Translations under genes and position numbers: made by a program
The notes under the pieces: generated by a model
Told to the model about the DNA's origin: nothing
Seen by the model: the letters and a program-made list of their open reading frames with translations, nothing else
Databases searched by the model: none
Assembly (NCBI GenBank): GCA_964016885.1
Contig: OZ024742.1
Span: forward strand, 182,094,001 to 182,158,000
Direction of reading: 5' to 3'
DNA from: Eledone cirrhosa
Taxonomy: Eukaryota
Length of the DNA stretch: 64,000 nucleotides
Part shown: in pieces, positions 55,783 through 64,000 of the stretch
Layout of the letters: every line of letters begins with the position of its first letter
Numbering within the stretch: position 1 is the first letter of the stretch

Positions 55783-56294
55783 TAGGAGAAACATATTCAT
55801 GTAATGTGGAATACATTCTGTAAAACTAAAGAGATGGTGATAGGTCATGGAAATTTCCACACGTATGTATACAATATATATACACATCCCTCTCGTAAAC
55901 CAACATCTCAATTGGTGGTGGGTATAAGCTAGATCGGCTAGATTGGTAGGTATGATATATATTCAAATTGCTCCCTTATTCCTAAATAAGATTCTCCTCC
56001 CGACGAAGGAACTGAAATTCTACCAATATTGCTTATTCCAATCTTGGAATTACCGATGTTGCTTCTTGAGTTCCAGAAACCATGGTCGGGGAACTATAAA
56101 AGTAAAAGCTGACTTATTTCAGCCTATCTAGCTTATATCCCACCAAAATTGAGATTTTGGCTTAAGCTTGATATATTTTATTACTTCTCTGAAATGATAA
56201 TTTATTAATATACATTACCCTTTCATTGAGATGTTTACGTAATAGAGACAGTTAACGAAGACATAACAATTCGTCCTTTTCTATTATATATATG

Positions 56295-56904
56295 CAGTAA
56301 TCCCCCGCTATATCGCGGTTCACTTTTCGTGGTCCCGCTACATTGCGGATTTTTCTTTGGAACGTATCTAATTTCCTATCACGCTAATTCTTGCTATATC
56401 GTGGATTTTTCGTTAGAACATATCTATTTTCTTTTAAAAGTGGTAAAAATTTAAACTTATTAAATAAGTTTGAATGTGATTGTAGTGTATATTGTAAGGA
56501 AGGGACATCTTAAGGCTTTAACTATAAAAAATGTTTCTATTTTTCATTCCATTACTATTTTACTGATTGTTTTTTTCTTTAATCTACTACAAACACTTCC
56601 TAGATTAACGGGAGATGTGCAGTGTATTACCAAGCAGCTAACGTGGTTGGTAATGGTCATCATTGGAAACTAGTGGTACGATCGTTGGTGGTTGTTTCTA
56701 TAAGAGCGTTACTGGCTGGTTTTTGGTGTTTTAATACAAAGGTGTGTTTTAATGAGTTTATATGTACGTAAAGCTTGTAGGAGAGGTATTTTAAGGCTTA
56801 AACGATGAAACCAACGGTATCTTTATGGTTTCTATATATCACGTATTTTCATTTATCGCGGTTGGTTCTGGAACGTATCCCCTGCGATAAACGGGGGATT
56901 ACTG
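56295..56904. mobile_element. Tigger/pogo-like (Tc1-mariner) MITE
   Basis: TIRs CAGTAATCCCCCG(c/t)t.atcgc at both ends, in TA-rich flanks. Confidence 0.8.
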
Positions 56905-57354
56905 CATATATATCATGTAGATATATGTATGTATGTGTGATTGTATCTGCGAATGTGTATGTTTCCGTCTGCTCTTGGAAACGAACGTGTGATCTTCACT
57001 ATATTTTTTTTTCACGCAGCAATAATGAAGCATCTTTTAAATCATTGTAAAATACAAATTTGTCTACAGTTCTAGACGTAAAGTTTACAATTTACCTTTT
57101 CATGTGTCAACATGACTAATGTGATAAAGTGGGTCTTAGATACGATCAATTAAGAATGTTTTCTCTACATCATGCAGTACGTCACCCTTTAAATTATTTA
57201 TTTAGTTTCATACCAAGGGCTTACTTCAGTATTTTTCTGCAACCTTACTTTTATTTTTTAATAATGTAAATTACAAGCAAAAACTCGCTGGAACTCTTTT
57301 TCTACTTGTAGCGTGCGGACACACACACATACACACTTATGCATCTCTCTCTCA

Positions 57355-57538
<184 letters not shown>

Positions 57539-59670
57539 GTGTGTGTGTGTCTACATATGCATATGTATATACATTCATATTGCTTCTCTGGTGAGCTGCA
57601 ATGGGACTAGAAAATATGTCCTTAACTATCCTCTTCTAGCAAAATCAGATACCTCCAGATACGAAAAAACACAAACAAAAAAAAAATGTTTAAATATTCT
57701 TTGGAGTTAATTTTAATTTCCTAAACTTATCCAATTTTACTTTGCCTGTTTATAATAATTGTCACTTTATTATTCTTTTATCTCCAGCTAGAGGACAGAT
57801 TTCAATCTATTGAACATTTCTTTCGTACGATATTATCTACATCAACATCCACCTGAATTATTTAGATTATTGTTATTAACTCATTCGGGTTATTTCCTTT
57901 TAGTTCAGTGTCTTGCAATTATCTACATCATACCGTCCATAATTTCTCCTGATTATTTCTAAACCTCTCTACCCACCGATCAAAACAGGTTTGAGGAGAC
58001 TTTACTCTGCTGATGACGTTTAATAAAACCAAATCATGTTAACAGTTGCCATCTCATTTGATAATAAAGATCTGATCCTCACTCCTTTTTTTAAATTAAG
58101 TTTTCTATTAAATGAATTTATAATGGGTTGAAATTATGCTCCCATATTATTTTTCTTGTTCAAATGAATGGTAAGATAGTTATAAACTAAACATTTGTTG
58201 TTAGAGTGCAATCTTCTATGCTGATGGTTAAGTTAATTATCTTTAAAGGGGGGGGGGGGGTAGCACTCAAAACTGTTTTCACTCTCTACAGTGGGAGGAA
58301 AAGAAGTTATCAACAGATCAGAGACGTAGTTCGAAAGTTTGCAACAATGCAAATTTCATTAAAGATATCTGAGGACCATGTGGGGGAGATGAACTGAGTG
58401 ACGGATTAACTCCTCCACTGGATTGTATGATCAAGAATAGGTGACTAACTACATATATTCTGATTTTTTTTTTTACCGTTCATGAACATTCATTGGTGTC
58501 CTGACAGGTAAGTCCAAATGATCTGCTACTGATAAGCATTTCAACCATTATTACCTCTGTCATGGTCGGGCCATCGGCAACTCTGGGACCCAGTCTGGTA
58601 TATTGAGGGCGTATATTTAAATGGACAATCTGACATGGCAAAGACCAACACCTGTATAGAAGGGTGAACGAACTGATAAGCCTACATATAGAGTGGTGCC
58701 CCATTAACGCTTTTAAACTAGCATAGTTGATTCTCTTGGCAACCCCTGTACTCTCTTTGAAAGATGATGATGCTCCTATATTGGCGTAAATGATAAATGC
58801 GTGCCTTCGGTTCATTTATTGACATATTAATTCTAAAGAAAGTATCGAAACCTATTATTGAGATTCCATATAAATTACATGCGTTAGAGAAATTGAATTA
58901 TTTACCATCTTAAATGATCTCCATATTTGTGATAATCTAATACATTGTATTTCTGCCAATAGACATTTAATAGAATTCACAATAACTTTTCTCCAGATAC
59001 AAAAAAGAAAAAAACCCCAAAGTAATCTCTTATTATGGATGGTTGAAGGATCAGCTCAGAGCTATTTAAGGAAATGACTGCAAATAAACTTCAAAAATCA
59101 ATGTGACGCTTGAAAATCGTCTTAACTAGTCTTTGTGAATGTTGGCCAGTGGAGAATTGCTAAGGGCGCCGCTCCAGCTAACAAATATATCTTCTAATCA
59201 GTACATTATTTCGCTAGTCAATTAGTACTATCTAAACGCTTAAATAGACGCCTCTCTTCTGTATTATTCAGTCGGGGAAACCAGCTATTCTGATATACAA
59301 CACTTTAAATATTTTCTCTTCTGTTTAACAATGGATCTTATATTGATTTTTTATTGATCGGGTATTGATCTGCAGAATGAAATAACTTCTAACAATCATT
59401 TAATAATAATATTCGTTTTGAACATTGGCACAAGACCATGAAAATGTTACACACTACGGTAATTACTTTTTCTCTAATGAAATCATGCTAGTATGAAGGA
59501 TATTAAGTATGGATAGGACAGAGACATGGTTGTGAGTTTATGAAGTTTGCTTCTAAACTACGTGGTTCTGGGTCCAATCTATCACAAGGCGCGTTGAACA
59601 AATATCTTCTATCATTTTTGATGTGAGTAGAAGGAAACATTTCCGAAGCCAGTTACCATCCCCGACACAC

Positions 59671-59776
<106 letters not shown>

Positions 59777-60849
59777 TATAGTACAATGTCTGTGTAAATT
59801 AATGACAATTATTTGAACAGTCCGAAATGGTGTTCCTTTGTTTATAAAATTGCATTTTGAAAAGAAAAGGGGAAATTGACTCGACTATAACTTCAGACGT
59901 TATTACATTCTCATCTGCAATTTATTAGGTTCTATATTACACCACAATGACTATACTTCCAGATATTATTGCAGTCTCGTCAGTTATAGCAAGCCATTTT
60001 CTAACTGATCACAGTGAAATTGTATTCAAGTCCAATGCTATGAAACACTTTATTGAACTAGGGTGACTATAGTTTAAGATATTATTACAACTTCACACCC
60101 GACCGCTAATTCAGCTTTTAACTTATCACAGTGAAATTATATTTAAAGCTACTATTATAAAGCGCTTTATTGAACAAGCTAGACTGATCTGAATACTTGA
60201 TGCATTCTTGGCAAGGTAGTAATGTTAAACATATTACTGGCGTGTTGTTAATATTTGATTTCGATGTTATAAGAACATCCTATGCATTGTTAACTATTAG
60301 AGAATGTGTAAACTAATTGAAATTAATAACATACATTGAACAGACGTAAAGGATGTCCATTTGTTTATAAAATGTGTGATTGACTTGCCTATAATCTATA
60401 AATCTGTATATTTTAGTCCACCATAAACTATAATGGCCCAACATTCAGAAATCGTTACACTGAAATTACCGCATGCGATTTTCAGAGGATTGTTATCAAT
60501 GGAACAACAGAAACAGTATATAGTAAAAACTCTACCTCAGTTCACTATTTCAGTGAACAATGAGACCTACAAAAATTAACAGCCAGCCCTCCCTAAATTC
60601 AATATCTTAATGGCGATCGAAACAGTCGAATAACAAAATCCACCTTTCCCTTGATTCAATATTTCAGTGCCAAACATTACCTGATCGAACTAGTAGCCAA
60701 ATCTCATTCGAATTCCATTCTTCCACCTTAAAACAGGAAGGACACATCAAATAATGTCATCTTAGACATGCAAAAGACGGAATGGGCAAGGCTGAACCCT
60801 CTTTGATATTAGATTTGCTTGATCACGATAAGAGTGTATGATTATAACC

Positions 60850-61230
60850 TACCGTAAAACAGTGATCAGTATTTCAGTATCATTTTATAATAAAGCAGCG
60901 ATCAATATCTTAATAAAACCATGCAGTAAAATTAGGACCAGTATTTCTCTATTGCCCTACTGTAAAACAAGGATCAGTATATCATTATAGTCTTACTATA
61001 AACCAAGGATCAATATATCATTATAGACTTACTATAAACGAAGGATCAGTATAACTTTATATCCTTAGTGTGAACTAAGAGGCAGTGTACCATTATAGCC
61101 TTAGTATAAACCAAGACTCAGTATATCGTTATAGCCTTACTGTAAAGCAAAGGTCAATGTATCATTATATCATTACTATAAACCAAGGATCAGTATATCT
61201 TTATAGCTTTAGCTGAAAGAAGGTTCAATA
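60850..61230. repeat. 36 bp tandem minisatellite, about 10 diverged copies
   Basis: Unit ttactataaaccaaggatcagtatatcattatagcc. Confidence 0.85.
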
Positions 61231-62633
61231 GTTAACTGCAAATTCTTCATACGCGACCTTAATATCAAATTCCATAGTTGGATTCAGTATAACAATTTAA
61301 TCTATGACTGCCTTTACATTTCGGAGCCAATATCAAATGCAGCATTTGTGCTAATTTGTTAATAATTTGACAATATTAATCGGTCACACAATCGAAGGAG
61401 GTGTATATAAATATGTTGATTGATTTCAGTTCCGAAAATTATTGGTATTATTTTATAAACTTGATCCCAGAAGGATGAACTATTAACTTATGTGATTTGT
61501 TGAGAGAACATAGACATATGTAATTAAACGTCGTACGTAATTTTATGTGGCACTCTAGAGTTTTTACCACTCTACCATCATTCATGACATTACGGATATT
61601 ACATAGTCATCGGCTTATTAATACTTCGCAAAATAAAAGGTTTTGAAATGTATTTACCGTCTAAACTAGGGTTATAAATACGTAAAAATACTTCCAAATA
61701 AAAAAATAAAAAAACTCTTCATACGAAATAGAATATTGGCCGCAGTAATAAGGAAAAGATGGTGGAACTTGCTTGACCATGTAATAAAAATATATATCCA
61801 CTTAGCTCTTGTATTTGACAAGTCTTTCCAAACCAGATTCCATTTAGCGGACCGGCAGAGGTGAACTTGTGAGACAGACAAAGACATAAAATTGCTAGTT
61901 GCAGCAAGAGAGGGCACAGTCTCTGAATCGAAAAGGAAAGTAGTGGTCCAGCTAGTAAAAAAAAAGAAGAGATCTAGAAAGGATTGAGTGAATAAGAAAT
62001 AAAGAGAGGTCCTTATCAACCCTGGAAGCAGAAAAGACATATGAAGGATACATAACAAAATACAGCAATATATTTATACTATTTCTCTACCGATTCTTGT
62101 ATCATAAAATGTACTTGTCATGAACCCTTAATCCCGCATGGAGTCGCTGGTGGGCGCCATCATGACGTGCGGCCTGTCTCATAAAATGTAGACCTTTGAA
62201 AAATAACATCAACCACTAAATATAGCTATAAATAGTTATCTCCCTTATTCCCTACCACACCAAGCTCTTATGTGCACCCCAACCCCGAAAAAAGAAAAAA
62301 AAAAACCTTTAACAAAGAGCGAAGCAGAGAAACCCAGTATATTTATATAGACTAAAAAAATAGCAAAACAACAACAACAATAAACACCAACAGCAACATT
62401 ATATCGATTTCTTTAAATGATATTGTCACAGACAGAGAATATCTGTCATATCCACTCACTGTATTTACAAAACATTTTATTGTTCATTTTCATCATTGTA
62501 ATGTCTACGAAGAGATCCGGCTAATACGCACCAAATTACATGTCAGCAAGGTTTTTTTTAATGACATCATGCTAACAACAAATTCACCTATATCTATGTA
62601 TATGAAGAAGCATATATATATATAAATAAATAA

Positions 62634-62687
<54 letters not shown>

Positions 62688-62730
62688 GGGGGGGGATATA
62701 TGTACATGTATATATATATATACACCTCTA

Positions 62731-62788
<58 letters not shown>

Positions 62789-62868
62789 TATATATATATA
62801 TAAATATTTATATATATATATAAATATATATATAAATATTTATATATATATATAAATATATATATAAA

Positions 62869-62934
<66 letters not shown>

Positions 62935-62948
62935 CCTATATATATACC

Positions 62949-63018
<70 letters not shown>

Positions 63019-63046
63019 TAGGTATATATATATATATATATATATA

Positions 63047-63141
<95 letters not shown>

Positions 63142-63620
63142 GTATATATATCCCTCTGGCTCTTTACATATATATATATAGAAAACTTTGCATACACATA
63201 TCATAAACATAGACACTTGGGGAGTCACTTGTATTACGACATTTACAAATTTATAAATGGCTTTTAATGTGTCAAAATAAAAAATTACTCTCGTCTAGTT
63301 CGAGAGAGAAATAAAACCAAATAAAACGGGACTAGCAAGATTTCTACTTCATTATACTCTCCTCGCTCCTACTTCAATCTGCTCTCCATTTCCTACTTCA
63401 CTATACTCTCCCCTATCCTACGATCTGTCCTTTGTAAATCCTGTTGCTAAATGTAATAAATAGTTGCCAAGAAAGGTTAATGACCGGACAAGGAATACGT
63501 ACGTGAACAGCTTTCATAAATATATAAAAAAAATAGACCCACTCTTTTCCGGCTTTTGCTTACTTTGGAAATAATATTCAACTTCTTAAAGAAATTTGTT
63601 GTATTATATATGTGAGCATG

Positions 63621-63680
<60 letters not shown>

Positions 63681-63736
63681 CCTGCGTGTGTACGTATGTA
63701 TGTACATGTATTTATATTTATGCATATATATGTGAG

Positions 63737-63803
<67 letters not shown>

Positions 63804-63850
63804 GAGTACATATATATATATACATATATACAAATATATATATATATATA

Positions 63851-64000
63851 CTAGCAGAAGTGCCCGACGTTGCTCGGGATTTAATTGCTTTAAAGTACCC
63901 TTAATGATTCCACTCAATTATGATTATTGAGGCAAAGATTGATATAATTTCCCGCTCAACCAATCGATTTGCATCGCGATAGAAAGCCCTGCAAAGGAAT
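63851..64000 (-). mobile_element. Helitron 3' end; the element runs off the window
   Basis: Minus strand has hairpin cccgagcaacgtcggg, an 8 nt spacer and CTAG|T, inserted in (TA)n. Confidence 0.8.

Noticed and set aside
57800-59400. Longest low-repeat stretch, including ORF 58480..58815
   Set aside because: No recognisable protein motif or convincing exon structure; possibly an old LINE relic.
60850-61230. 36 bp periodicity suggestive of a CRISPR array
   Set aside because: Units are contiguous with no unique spacers, there are no cas genes and the context is eukaryotic; it is a minisatellite.

Overview
AT-rich, microsatellite-saturated eukaryotic DNA with no host protein-coding gene that I can support. 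Almost all ORFs in the track are translations of (TA)n, (CA)n, (GA)n, (TAG)n, (GAT)n or (CAC)n repeats. The dominant tRNA-derived SINE and a Tx1-like 3' fragment resemble repeats I associate with octopod cephalopods; this is inference, not a database result. Supported mobile elements are Penelope-like retroelement (PLE) remnants (RT plus GIY-YIG), R4/Dong-type RLE LINE fragments, Tx1/L1 and RTE fragments, about 15 SINE copies, a complete non-autonomous Helitron, a second Helitron 3' end and a Tigger-like MITE. The main observation is that many 100-900 bp unique-looking islands between (TA)n tracts carry type I hammerhead ribozyme (HHR) motifs. I read about 20 intact or degenerate motifs from roughly ten sequence families. 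Most have palindromic stem III loops, several families use a U3-A8 compensatory core, and some show between-copy covariation. They occur as partial tandems or snap-back inverted repeats, consistent with a diverse population of PLE termini and retrozyme-like non-autonomous elements that target (TA)n. All folds were done by eye, and element boundaries are approximate.
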